Of a stretch of DNA of 64,000 nucleotides, positions 11,704 to 20,242 are shown piece by piece. The stretch lies in assembly GCA_021159005.1 (NCBI GenBank), contig JAGGSN010000187.1, positions 6,972 to 70,971 of the forward strand, given 5' to 3'. Position 1 is the stretch's first letter, and each line of letters opens with the position of its first letter. The notes beneath the pieces are model-generated. The model saw only the letters and a list, made by a program, of their open reading frames with translations, did no database searches and was not told where the DNA came from. This stretch comes from Candidatus Zixiibacteriota bacterium. GTDB lineage: Bacteria > Zixibacteria > MSB-5A5 > UBA10806 > 4484-95. The position numbers and the translations under genes were made by a program.

Positions 11704-12054
11704 GTGGCACTGACAATAAGACTTCGGAGATTGGGAGCTAAAAAAAGACCGTTCTACCGGATTGTTGCAATTGATAACAAAAAAGCTCGCGAGGGACGAT
11801 TTGTCGATATCCTTGGCTGGTATAGTCCGATTGATAAGCCGGCCAAAGTAAAATTTCATGAAGACAAAATTTTTAAACGTCTTGATGATGGAGCTATTAT
11901 ATCGGATACGGTTAATAGCTTGTTTAAACAAACCGGCTTGATGGCTAAGTATTATAAAGTAAAAAAGGGTGAAGATGTTTCGGATGTTGTCGTATCCGAA
12001 ACTATTAAGGAAAGGACAAAAAAGAAGAAGGAAAAAACCGCTAAGGCTGAGTAA
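11704..12054 (+). CDS. rpsP: 30S ribosomal protein S16 with Lys-rich C-terminal tail
   Basis: MALTIRLRRLGAKKRPFYRIVA; ~30 aa KKKKEK-rich extension. Confidence 0.9.
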   Translation: MALTIRLRRLGAKKRPFYRIVAIDNKKAREGRFVDILGWYSPIDKPAKVKFHEDKIFKRLDDGAIISDTVNSLFKQTGLMAKYYKVKKGEDVSDVVVSETIKERTKKKKEKTAKAE

Positions 12055-12096
12055 TGATGCTCAAATTGAACCACTTACTGTAATAAGGAGGCCAAG

Positions 12097-12327
12097 ATGA
12101 AAGAGTTCATCGAAGTCATAGCACGCGCACTGGTTGATAACCCTGAAAATGTCGAAGTCACCGATGTTGAAGGCGAAAAGACAACCGTATATGAGTTGAG
12201 AGTCGCTCCGGAAGACCTGGGAAAGGTTATAGGACGCAAAGGGCAGACCGCTAAAGCTATCAGAACATTGATAGCTGCTGTCTCAGCCAAGAAAGGTAAA
12301 AGGGCCTTACTGGAAATTCTGGAGTAG
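12097..12327 (+). CDS. KH domain RNA-binding protein (YlqC/UPF0109-like)
   Basis: [18 protein letters not shown] motif; position between rpsP and rimM. Confidence 0.7.
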   Translation: MKEFIEVIARALVDNPENVEVTDVEGEKTTVYELRVAPEDLGKVIGRKGQTAKAIRTLIAAVSAKKGKRALLEILE

Positions 12328-12328
12328 T

Positions 12329-12850
12329 GTGAGCCCTAAGGATGATACTCTGATTGCCCTGGGGCATATTCAAAAGCCCCGGGGCCTCAGGGGTGAATTG
12401 ACGGTTTTACCATACCAGGCTGACAGCATAAACTTACGCCAGGGTTTGCAAGTCCTGATCAAAGCTAATAACAACTCATTCGAAACGACAATTGAAGATG
12501 TCAAGCATATCAGTTCCCGTTTAGGTGTGAAGCTTAAAGGAATTGATAATCGTGAGGCGGCGGAAGTTTATAAAAACGGAGAGTTATTTTGCAAATTTTG
12601 TTTTTTGCCAAAAATGGAAAAGAACGAAATTTATGTTTTTGATTTAATTGGATTGAAAATAATCGATGATAACGATGAAGGTTTTGGCACTATTATAGAT
12701 GTTAGAAGTTTTACTGCCAATGATTTGCTGGTAATTGAATCTCAGCATGGCGAGATTCTGGTGCCGATGGTAAAGCAGTTCATCGATTCAATCTCTATTG
12801 ATGAAGGGTTTGTGAAAATTAAAAGAATTCGCGAATTTATTATATCATGA
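12329..12850 (+). CDS. rimM: ribosome maturation factor RimM
   Basis: LIALGHIQKPRGLRGEL N-terminus and PRC barrel; conserved rpsP-rimM-trmD-rplS order. Confidence 0.8.
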   Translation: MSPKDDTLIALGHIQKPRGLRGELTVLPYQADSINLRQGLQVLIKANNNSFETTIEDVKHISSRLGVKLKGIDNREAAEVYKNGELFCKFCFLPKMEKNEIYVFDLIGLKIIDDNDEGFGTIIDVRSFTANDLLVIESQHGEILVPMVKQFIDSISIDEGFVKIKRIREFIIS

Positions 12851-13584
12851 GGATAGACGTCTTGACATTATTTCCCGAAATGATTACCCAACCGCTCAAT
12901 CACAGCATTATTGGGCGCGCGGTTAAAAACGGCGTGATGAATATTCAGGCGCATAATATTCGCGATTATGCTGTCGACAAGCACCATACCGTTGATGATA
13001 AGCCCTTCGGCGGCGGCACCGGCATGGTGATGAAAAGCGAACCTCTATATAATGCGATAAAAGCTATCGACCCCGATAATAAAGCTAAGAAGATATTAAC
13101 CGATGCCTCCGGCTATAAATTCGACCAGACTGCGGCTAAAGAGCTTATGCTTGAAGACTGGCTTTTGATAATATGCGGCCGCTATAAGGGAGTCGATGAG
13201 CGTATAAAAGAACTGTTCGATTTATATGAACTTTCCGTTGGCGATTATGTTTTAACCGGCGGCGAAATACCGGCGCTGACAATAATAGATGCGGTTGGCA
13301 GACTTGTGCCGGGCGTTATCAAAGAGATTTCATCAGCCCAATCCGATTCATATTTCGAGGGATTGCTGGGCTATCCGGAATATACGCAGCCGCGCGAGTT
13401 TATGGGACATTTCGTGCCCGAGGTTTTAACCGGCGGCAATCACAAACATATAAAAAGATGGCGGCTTGAGCAATCATTAAAAAAAACGCAAACAAGAAGG
13501 CCTGATCTTTTGGCAAATAGAGAACTCGATGACGAAGAAAAAATACTATTGAATTTGGAGGATAAAGATGTTGAAAATAATTGA
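12847..13584 (+). CDS. trmD: tRNA (guanine37-N1)-methyltransferase
   Basis: [28 protein letters not shown] motifs. Confidence 0.9.
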   Translation: MRIDVLTLFPEMITQPLNHSIIGRAVKNGVMNIQAHNIRDYAVDKHHTVDDKPFGGGTGMVMKSEPLYNAIKAIDPDNKAKKILTDASGYKFDQTAAKELMLEDWLLIICGRYKGVDERIKELFDLYELSVGDYVLTGGEIPALTIIDAVGRLVPGVIKEISSAQSDSYFEGLLGYPEYTQPREFMGHFVPEVLTGGNHKHIKRWRLEQSLKKTQTRRPDLLANRELDDEEKILLNLEDKDVENN

Positions 13585-13915
13585 AAGCAAGTACCTGAAA
13601 GATAAACTGCCTGATTTTAAAGCCGGCGATAATATCAAGGTACACATCAAGATAATTGAGGGTGATAAAGAAAGAGTTCAGGTGTTTCAGGGTGATGTTA
13701 TAGCCATGCGCGGTTCCGGAATCAATAGATCCTTTACGGTCAGAAAAATTTCATCAGGTATTGGAGTCGAAAAAATCTTCGCGCTTCATTCGCCCAATGT
13801 TACCAAGATACAGGTTATTCGCAGAGGCGATGTAAACAGAGCAAAACTGTATTACCTTCGTGAACGCACCGGCAAGCGGGCTAGAATTGAAACTAAGGTT
13901 GCCGAAAAGAAATAG
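13568..13915 (+). CDS. rplS: 50S ribosomal protein L19
   Basis: [16 protein letters not shown]...[11 protein letters not shown]...RRGDV. Confidence 0.9.
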   Translation: MLKIIESKYLKDKLPDFKAGDNIKVHIKIIEGDKERVQVFQGDVIAMRGSGINRSFTVRKISSGIGVEKIFALHSPNVTKIQVIRRGDVNRAKLYYLRERTGKRARIETKVAEKK

Positions 13916-13984
13916 CGCCCGATGGAATAGCAGGTAAGCCGATTCATCTCGCTTAGTTGCGAACGAACGCAACATTAAAACGTA

Positions 13985-14017
13985 GGGGCGTCCACCTCAG
14001 GAGGATGCCCTCTTTTT
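13985..14017 (+). terminator. intrinsic terminator after rplS
   Basis: GGGGCGTCCacctcaggaGGATGCCC stem followed by CTCTTTTT. Confidence 0.6.
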
Positions 14018-14051
14018 GCTAAAAACGCTTGACAATCAAAGCAAGTAACTG

Positions 14052-14633
14052 ATGAGCAGGAAGCAGCCCGAAATAATCTGCGGTGTCGATGAGGTCGGTC
14101 GCGGTCCATTAGCAGGACCGGTTGTTGCCGCCGCTGTAATCCTCGATTCAAATATCATCATCAATGGCTTAACCGATTCCAAAAAACTTACACCTGCCCA
14201 AAGGTATCGAATCCTTTCAGGGATATTAGATAATTCCCAATGTTACGCTGTTGCCGGCGTTTCATGGTTTGTTATCGATAAGATAAACATACTTCAAGCC
14301 TCCTTGCTGGCTATGCGGCGGGCGATTGAGAAATTATCGGTATATCCCGACATGGTTTATGTGGATGGCAAATTCGAGATTCCCGGATTGGAGATTCCTC
14401 AACGAGCGGTCATCGGCGGCGACAGCAAGATACCGCAAGTTTCAGCCGCCTCGATTATTGCCAAAATCGCCCGTGATGTTTATATGATAGAGATGGCCAA
14501 TCAATATCCCGAATATGGTTTCGAACGTCATAAGGGATATGGCACTAAAAAACATCTCGAAATTCTCGATAGAATAGGTCCCTGTGAAATTCACCGCCGA
14601 AGTTTTAAACCAGTTTCGCAAATGACATTATAG
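14052..14633 (+). CDS. rnhB: ribonuclease HII
   Basis: GVDEVGRGPLAGPVV, DSK catalytic motifs. Confidence 0.9.
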   Translation: MSRKQPEIICGVDEVGRGPLAGPVVAAAVILDSNIIINGLTDSKKLTPAQRYRILSGILDNSQCYAVAGVSWFVIDKINILQASLLAMRRAIEKLSVYPDMVYVDGKFEIPGLEIPQRAVIGGDSKIPQVSAASIIAKIARDVYMIEMANQYPEYGFERHKGYGTKKHLEILDRIGPCEIHRRSFKPVSQMTL

Positions 14634-14682
14634 TATTTATCGGATGCTGAGGCTTTGCCGCGTGATAGATAATTTCAGGCAG

Positions 14683-14721
14683 TGTTAGTTCATAGTCCGC
14701 CTAAGGCGGATGAACTGACAC
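14683..14721. repeat. family-C long hairpin repeat (…TCAGTTCATAGTCCGCCTAAGGCGGATGAACTGACAC), copy 1, plus partner motif ACCTGCCTGAACAGTTAAATG at 14748-14780
   Basis: inverted repeat around a CCGCCtaaGGCGG core; near-identical copies at 17922 and 29265. Confidence 0.7.
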
Positions 14722-14865
14722 GTTTTACTACACAAAATCGGCAGGTTACGTTTCACTACGACCTGCCTGAACAGTTAAATGAGGGGCAGACGGGGACGTC
14801 TGCCGCCCACGCGAATCCTTGTCCACCATAGGCGGACTTAGGTTGTTGAAAAAGCAGCAACACCT

Positions 14866-14898
14866 CTCTTGTTACCAAGCGCTGCTTGGTAACAAGAG
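14866..14898. repeat. perfect 15-bp stem hairpin CTCTTGTTACCAAGC-gct-GCTTGGTAACAAGAG
   Basis: read directly; exact reverse complement arms. Confidence 0.7.
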
Positions 14899-15060
14899 GG
14901 CGTATCCGCCTGAGGCGTCCTTGTCTGCCAACAACGAATAAAAACCTTTTATTGTCATTTCTTATTATATATACTACTTTTAACGGTTGACATATATCCT
15001 AATGTGTCAACTTTTGAATAAAACACGCTCCGGATAATTTTCAAGGCTGGAGACTAATAA

Positions 15061-16404
15061 TTGGCTAAGGATTTAACACAAGGACCATTAGCAAGTCAAA
15101 TAGTCAGGCTGGCTATACCTGGCTTATTATCTCTTTTAGGGATAACGGTCAATCATTTTGTCGATGGCATCTGGGTCGGCAGACTTGGACCTGAAGCACT
15201 GGCGGCAATTACGCCATCATCATTTATAGTATGGATACTCTATTCGATTGTTGACATTATGCCGATAGGTTTGGTGGCAATAATCTCGCGCTATTATGGC
15301 GAGAAAAATCTAACCCAAGCATCGGAAACATCGCAGAAAGTTATTCAATTAGTATTCTTTATATCAATAATATTATCAGTCTGCGGTTGGCTGTTTGCTA
15401 AAAACGCCATGGAGCTTGTTGGGGTATCGGCCGAGGTTGTCAGGCTTGGCAGCATTTATTTGATGATAATCTCGACCTGTCTGCCGGCGATATTCTTAGT
15501 CGAGACTTATTCGAGCATATTCCGGGCAGTTGGCGATACTATCGTGCCTATGAGGCTTATTTTAACGGCAATTATCGCAAATATAATACTTGATCCGCTG
15601 TTGATATTTGGAATCGGTCCCTTCCCCGAAATGGGGATAGCTGGCGCGGCATTAGCTACTGCGATTGGTTATTATTTATCATTGGGTTTGGCATTTGTTG
15701 AATTAAACAGAGGCAAGCTACCTTTCAAAATTATTAAAGCAAGACCGTTGCCTTTTGATTTCCCCCTTCTCTGGCGGATTGCTAAGATAGGACTTCCAAT
15801 TTCAATATCAGGAATTGGCTTTTCTATAGTATATTTGGCGTTGGTAAGAATTGCCGCTCCATTCGGTGATTATGTAGTAGCCTCATTCAGGGTTGGTCAA
15901 TTTATCGAGGCTGTTTCCTTTATGATATGTTTCGGTTTTGGGCAGGCGACAGCGAGCATGATAGGACAGAATCTCGGCGCCAAGCTTACCGACCGAGCGG
16001 AAAAATCAGCGCAAACGGCAATTGGCATTGTTTCCGGCATTACCATAGCGTTTTCATTCATATTTTTCTTTGCCGCCAAGCCGTTAGTCTCAATATTCTC
16101 AAGCGATATTCAGGTGGCAACTGCGGCGGCTTTATATCTGAAAATCATAGCCATCTCGCAATTGTTTATGGGATTAGAGATCGTTTATGAGGGCGCTTTC
16201 TCAGGGGCGGGCGATACATTGCCCCCGATGCTGATTTCAATTATTGGCACTACCTTGCGAATCCCATTGGCAATTATCTTCGTTGGACCGTTAAATTGGG
16301 GATACCAGGGAATGTACTGGGCGATCACAATTTCGACGGTTTTAAAAGGAGTTAGTATCTTTATCTGGTTTAAGCTTGGCAGATGGAAACTGAAGCAGGT
16401 ATAG
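15061..16404 (+). CDS. MATE family efflux transporter
   Basis: 447 aa, 12 TM-like segments, duplicated halves typical of MATE/NorM. Confidence 0.75.
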   Translation: MAKDLTQGPLASQIVRLAIPGLLSLLGITVNHFVDGIWVGRLGPEALAAITPSSFIVWILYSIVDIMPIGLVAIISRYYGEKNLTQASETSQKVIQLVFFISIILSVCGWLFAKNAMELVGVSAEVVRLGSIYLMIISTCLPAIFLVETYSSIFRAVGDTIVPMRLILTAIIANIILDPLLIFGIGPFPEMGIAGAALATAIGYYLSLGLAFVELNRGKLPFKIIKARPLPFDFPLLWRIAKIGLPISISGIGFSIVYLALVRIAAPFGDYVVASFRVGQFIEAVSFMICFGFGQATASMIGQNLGAKLTDRAEKSAQTAIGIVSGITIAFSFIFFFAAKPLVSIFSSDIQVATAAALYLKIIAISQLFMGLEIVYEGAFSGAGDTLPPMLISIIGTTLRIPLAIIFVGPLNWGYQGMYWAITISTVLKGVSIFIWFKLGRWKLKQV

Positions 16405-16413
16405 AAATTTTAA

Positions 16414-16440
16414 TGGTTGGCGTACGTCCTCGTCTGCCAA
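16414..16440. repeat. family-A hairpin repeat (consensus GGCTGGTGTACGTCCTCGTGCACCAGC), diverged copy
   Basis: ggttggcgtacgtcctcgtctgccaac. Confidence 0.6.
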
Positions 16441-16555
16441 CTTAAGAAATAAAGAATAGCCAAGACCACAAGTCCGCCTCAGTCGGATTGACCTACAAAA
16501 TACTAAACGTTCCCCTTTTATTGAATATATCGATATAATCATTTGTTAACAGTCT

Positions 16556-16600
16556 GAGGGCGTATGCAATACGAGGGCGTATGCAATACGCCCCTACGCG
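16556..16600. repeat. family-B hairpin repeat (GAGGGCGTATGCAATACGCCCCTACGCG), 1.5 tandem copies
   Basis: GGGCGTAT-gca-ATACGCCC perfect 8-bp stem. Confidence 0.75.
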
Positions 16601-16612
16601 AACGGTGTTTCA

Positions 16613-16667
16613 GTGGCTGGTGTACGTCCTCCTTTATAGTGGCTGGTGTACGTCCTCGTGCACCAAC
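16613..16667. repeat. family-A repeats: truncated copy then full copy
   Basis: ggctggtgtacgtcctcc…ggctggtgtacgtcctcgtgcaccaac followed by caataagtt as at 28039. Confidence 0.75.
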
Positions 16668-16676
16668 AATAAGTTC

Positions 16677-16746
16677 AGGGCGTATGCAATACGCCTCTAC
16701 GCGCAACGGCATTTCAGTGGTTGGTGTATGTTCTTGTGCACCAACT
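16677..16746. repeat. composite B + A unit (B 16677-16704, A-variant 16718-16746)
   Basis: same B-spacer-cagtgg-A arrangement as 16574-16667 and 27970-28038. Confidence 0.7.
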
Positions 16747-16830
16747 TCAGTGGTTCATGTGGATGGCATCCGCCATAGGCGGGCTCGTCTGCCAACAACG
16801 ACCCTTGACTGGGCTTATCCGCCTTACCGG

Positions 16831-16866
16831 GCAAACAAAAAGGCAGGTCTCGGAAAGACCTGCCCT
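16831..16866 (-). terminator. intrinsic terminator for the - strand gene 16895-17260
   Basis: revcomp GGGCAGGTCTttccgAGACCTGCC followed by TTTTTGTTT. Confidence 0.6.
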
Positions 16867-16894
16867 ACATAGTTTCCATCCTAATACCTGAAAA

Positions 16895-17260
16895 CTATCT
16901 TCTTCTGCCGATAGCCCTCATCTTCTTCTTAAGATCGGGATTTTCCGCCATTTTTTCAAGCATCATATCAGACATACCTTCATACCCGAGAAGCTTCTCG
17001 AATATAACCTGCCGCTTATCCATCTGCTCAGTCAAGCGGTTTATAGTAGAGCTGACCCAGATGGTGTCTGCAAATAACTGATTAGTGATATCCGCTTTGA
17101 TTGTTTCATTCTCAAGCATCTTGCTCATAAGATAGCTTTTCATTTCCGGTTTTTCTAAAATCTGGTCAATCGCTTTGCGCCGGTCGCAATTTACAAACAA
17201 CACAGCGGCAATAAGCGTAATGAGTAATAATGTTAGAAGCTTTCTCAATTGTTCCTCCAT
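16895..17260 (-). CDS. hypothetical lipoprotein
   Basis: signal peptide with FVNC lipobox-like site; no recognisable domain. Confidence 0.4.
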   Translation of the reverse strand: MEEQLRKLLTLLLITLIAAVLFVNCDRRKAIDQILEKPEMKSYLMSKMLENETIKADITNQLFADTIWVSSTINRLTEQMDKRQVIFEKLLGYEGMSDMMLEKMAENPDLKKKMRAIGRRR

Positions 17261-17337
17261 TTATTTAAATGTTTATATCTTTCCTTATTTGTATAAATTA
17301 TTCATCGGTTAAGTGTCAAGGTAAATTTAAAAAATAC

Positions 17338-17365
17338 TTGACCCGTAATTGCAATGTAGTATAAA
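17338..17365 (+). promoter_or_regulatory. putative sigma70 promoter of fur (TTGACC-16-TATAAA) containing palindrome ATTGCAAT in the spacer
   Basis: read directly; palindrome between -35 and -10 is a candidate autoregulatory operator. Confidence 0.35.
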
Positions 17366-17370
17366 CTTTA

Positions 17371-17832
17371 ATGGTAATGTCGGATTTTGATAGAAATATT
17401 GCCTTGGCTAAGTTCAAATCTTTTCTGGCGGAAAAAGGGTTGAAACTTACCGCTGAAAGGCTAATCATATTAGAGGAATCATTAGCCACCGAGGGGCATT
17501 TCGAGGCGGATGACCTTTTGATGATATTAAAAAATAAAGGCCGCAAAACATCGCGGGCGACTGTCTATCGGACTCTGGATATTATCGCTTTAGCTGGAAT
17601 TCTCCGCAAGGTTTATCTTGGCGATGCGCCGGTGCAGTTCGAGAAAATTACCGATGAGCCCCAGCATGACCACATGATTTGCCAGAAATGCGGCGCCAAA
17701 ATCGAATTTCATCTGCCCGAACTAAGCGAACTTCAAGAACAGCTCTGCGATGAACATGATTTTACCATGAAAGCCTATAGTCTGCAAATTTACGGTATAT
17801 GTTCTAATTGTTCGGAAAATAAGAGCGTTTAG
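17371..17832 (+). CDS. fur: Fur family transcriptional regulator
   Basis: winged-helix N-terminus, HDHMICQKCG, CSNC metal-binding motifs. Confidence 0.8.
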   Translation: MVMSDFDRNIALAKFKSFLAEKGLKLTAERLIILEESLATEGHFEADDLLMILKNKGRKTSRATVYRTLDIIALAGILRKVYLGDAPVQFEKITDEPQHDHMICQKCGAKIEFHLPELSELQEQLCDEHDFTMKAYSLQIYGICSNCSENKSV

Positions 17833-17866
17833 GGGTGTCCGCCTGAGGAGGACGCCCTCTTTTTTA
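17832..17866 (+). terminator. intrinsic terminator after fur, covarying homolog of the rplS terminator
   Basis: GGGGTGTCCgcctgaggaGGACGCCC then CTCTTTTTT. Confidence 0.6.
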
Positions 17867-17921
17867 TTATTCCCCTCTTGAGGGAGGTTAGGGGTATGTT
17901 ATTAACGCAAAATTTTATGTT

Positions 17922-17962
17922 GTGTCAGTTCGTAGTCCGCCTAAGGCGGATGAACCGGCACT
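17922..17962. repeat. family-C long hairpin repeat copy 2, plus partner motif at 17988-18021
   Basis: tgtcagttcgtagtccgcctaaggcggatgaaccggcac … cgtttcgctacgcatgcctaaacagttaaatg. Confidence 0.7.
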
Positions 17963-18099
17963 TTTTGCTTGATAAGAATATCGCCAGGTCACGTTTCGCT
18001 ACGCATGCCTAAACAGTTAAATGTTCTGAAAATAAAATGGGGAAGCTCCTATTTTACTAAAAGATTGACCGTTAATACAGTTATCTATATATTAAATAC

Positions 18100-18858
18100 A
18101 TGAAATTCATCCAATTCAATCCCGAAAGCAAACTGTCTGCCTTGCCTGTCGAGGTTAAACTTGCCTGGATCCTATGCCTGTCAATATGGATACTTGTCGT
18201 CGATTTGGCAACAAGCCAGCTGCTTTTACTTATCCTAATGGCAGTTCTTGCGTTCTGCGGCGGCTTGAAAATATCAGCTATTATGCATCAATTTTACCTG
18301 TTTTTGCCCGTATTTATAATTGTATTCTTGTTTCATCTGTTTTATCATCCGGGAGACGAGCTATTTCATCTCTGGGTTTTAACCGCCACCGACACGGGAC
18401 TTAAAGCTGGCATATTTAATATTTTCAGGTTTATTAATTTCATTATAATGGCTGTGTGCATTTTAAGCTTTATTTCTCCGGAAGAGTTTGCCGTAAAGCT
18501 TTCAACTGGTTTTGGTATTGTGCGGCACAGGTTTTTTCAGGAGTTAGCTTTAGTATTTTTTATCGCCCTGCGTTTTCTGCCGGTTCAGGCTCGCGAAAGG
18601 GAGATAGTCAGGATGGCTATGAATGCCAGAGGCGCCAATCTGAAAGGCGGTTATATTAACAGATTAAAAATGGAATCGAAATTATTATTGCCGCTTTTTG
18701 CCAGAACGATAAAGCAGTCCGATGATGTGGCGGCGGCTATCGCTTTAAAGGGGCATGATGGAGTTTATTTTGCCGGCGTTAAATCATCATTGAAAGGCAT
18801 TGATTATTGCTTTATTTTTGTTGGTTTATCGATTACAATACTTATACTATTAATATGA
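18100..18858 (+). CDS. ecfT: energy-coupling factor transporter transmembrane component (CbiQ/EcfT family)
   Basis: 5-6 TM helices, conserved ARG..L motif region; no adjacent ecfA genes. Confidence 0.65.
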   Translation: MKFIQFNPESKLSALPVEVKLAWILCLSIWILVVDLATSQLLLLILMAVLAFCGGLKISAIMHQFYLFLPVFIIVFLFHLFYHPGDELFHLWVLTATDTGLKAGIFNIFRFINFIIMAVCILSFISPEEFAVKLSTGFGIVRHRFFQELALVFFIALRFLPVQAREREIVRMAMNARGANLKGGYINRLKMESKLLLPLFARTIKQSDDVAAAIALKGHDGVYFAGVKSSLKGIDYCFIFVGLSITILILLI

Positions 18859-18875
18859 ATTGCTATTATTATAAA

Positions 18876-19598
18876 ATGACAGTCGAATATGAAGGCGCAG
18901 AATTCTCCGGCTGGCAAATTCAGTCGAATAATCGCACCGTGCAGGGCGTTATTCAAGATGCAATCGAGAAGGTTTATCGCCAGAAAGTGAAGCTAAGCGG
19001 CTCGGGCAGAACCGATGCCGGTGTGCATGCAGCAGCCCAAGTCTGCGCTTTTGGCCTCGATAAGAATATCGAACCTGCCAAACTAATGTACCGTCTTAAC
19101 AGGCTGCTTCCCGATGAGATAGCGGTTATAAAACTAAGCCGGACTAATGCGAAATTCGACCCTCGGCGGGATGCGGTCAGCCGTCTTTACAGGTACAACA
19201 TAGCTGAATCCCCGACTGCGCTTAACAGACATATAACATATCAAGTTTGTCGGCGTCTTGATATCGACAAATTAAATAAAGCTGCCCGAATGCTTAAAGG
19301 ACGACATGATTTCAGCGCTTTCTGCAAAATGAAATCTCAAAAGCAGGACAACCATTGCGAGGTTTTTATCTCGCGCTGGTTCCGTTATGGAGGCATGTTA
19401 GTTTATGAAGTGAAAGCCAATAGGTTTTTACATCACATGGTTCGGCGTATGGTGAGTGCTATGTTGGCGGTAGAGAATTTGAAAATAAACTTGACACGAA
19501 TGAAGAGTTTTTTGAATAATACAGATTATGTGCGATTTAATGTTCCAGCTAATGGTCTGGTTTTAATTGAGGTAAATTATAGAAAGGAAAAACGATGA
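18876..19598 (+). CDS. truA: tRNA pseudouridine(38-40) synthase
   Basis: [16 protein letters not shown]…[11 protein letters not shown] catalytic Asp motif; start placed at ATG 18876. Confidence 0.85.
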   Translation: MTVEYEGAEFSGWQIQSNNRTVQGVIQDAIEKVYRQKVKLSGSGRTDAGVHAAAQVCAFGLDKNIEPAKLMYRLNRLLPDEIAVIKLSRTNAKFDPRRDAVSRLYRYNIAESPTALNRHITYQVCRRLDIDKLNKAARMLKGRHDFSAFCKMKSQKQDNHCEVFISRWFRYGGMLVYEVKANRFLHHMVRRMVSAMLAVENLKINLTRMKSFLNNTDYVRFNVPANGLVLIEVNYRKEKR

Positions 19599-20242
19599 AG
19601 TTTTTTATCGATACTGCTAATATCGACGAGATTAAAAAAGCCGCTGAACTCGGTATGCTTGATGGGGTTACGACGAATCCTTCGCTTCTGGCGAAAGAAT
19701 CCGGCAATTATATAGACATCCTGAAAGCCATCTGTGAAATAGTCGATGGTCCTATCTCGGCTGAGGTTACCGCTGTTGATGCCGATGGAATTGTAGCTGA
19801 GGCGGAAGAATTATGCAAGATTCATAATAATATCATTGTTAAGGTTCCCTGTATACGGGAGGGATTTATAGCCACTAAGCGTCTATCCGATAAAGGCATT
19901 AATGTGAACATGACCTTATGTTTCTCGCCCTTGCAGGCATTGATGGCGGCTAAGGCTGGTGCGGCTTTTATTTCGCCTTTTGTCGGCAGGTTGGATGATG
20001 TCAGCCATGTCGGGATGGACTTGGTTGAGCAAATTATCGATATATACGACAACTACGATTTCGAAACTGAGGTGCTGGTAGCTTCCATTCGCAACCCGCT
20101 TCATGTGGTTGAGGCGGCTATGATGGGCGCTGATGTTTCCACTATTCCCTATAAAGTTATCGAGCAGATGGCTAAGCATCCTCTAACCGATATCGGACTG
20201 AAAAAGTTCTTAGCCGATTGGGAGAAAGTGAAAAAAAATTAG
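19595..20242 (+). CDS. fructose-6-phosphate aldolase / transaldolase family protein
   Basis: [23 protein letters not shown], 215 aa short Tal/FSA form. Confidence 0.85.
   Translation: MKFFIDTANIDEIKKAAELGMLDGVTTNPSLLAKESGNYIDILKAICEIVDGPISAEVTAVDADGIVAEAEELCKIHNNIIVKVPCIREGFIATKRLSDKGINVNMTLCFSPLQALMAAKAGAAFISPFVGRLDDVSHVGMDLVEQIIDIYDNYDFETEVLVASIRNPLHVVEAAMMGADVSTIPYKVIEQMAKHPLTDIGLKKFLADWEKVKKN

Noticed and set aside
16564-16872. Track ORFs 16564-16872 and 16581-16778 (+)
   Set aside because: Entirely composed of A and B palindromic repeats, which keep frames open. Not genes.
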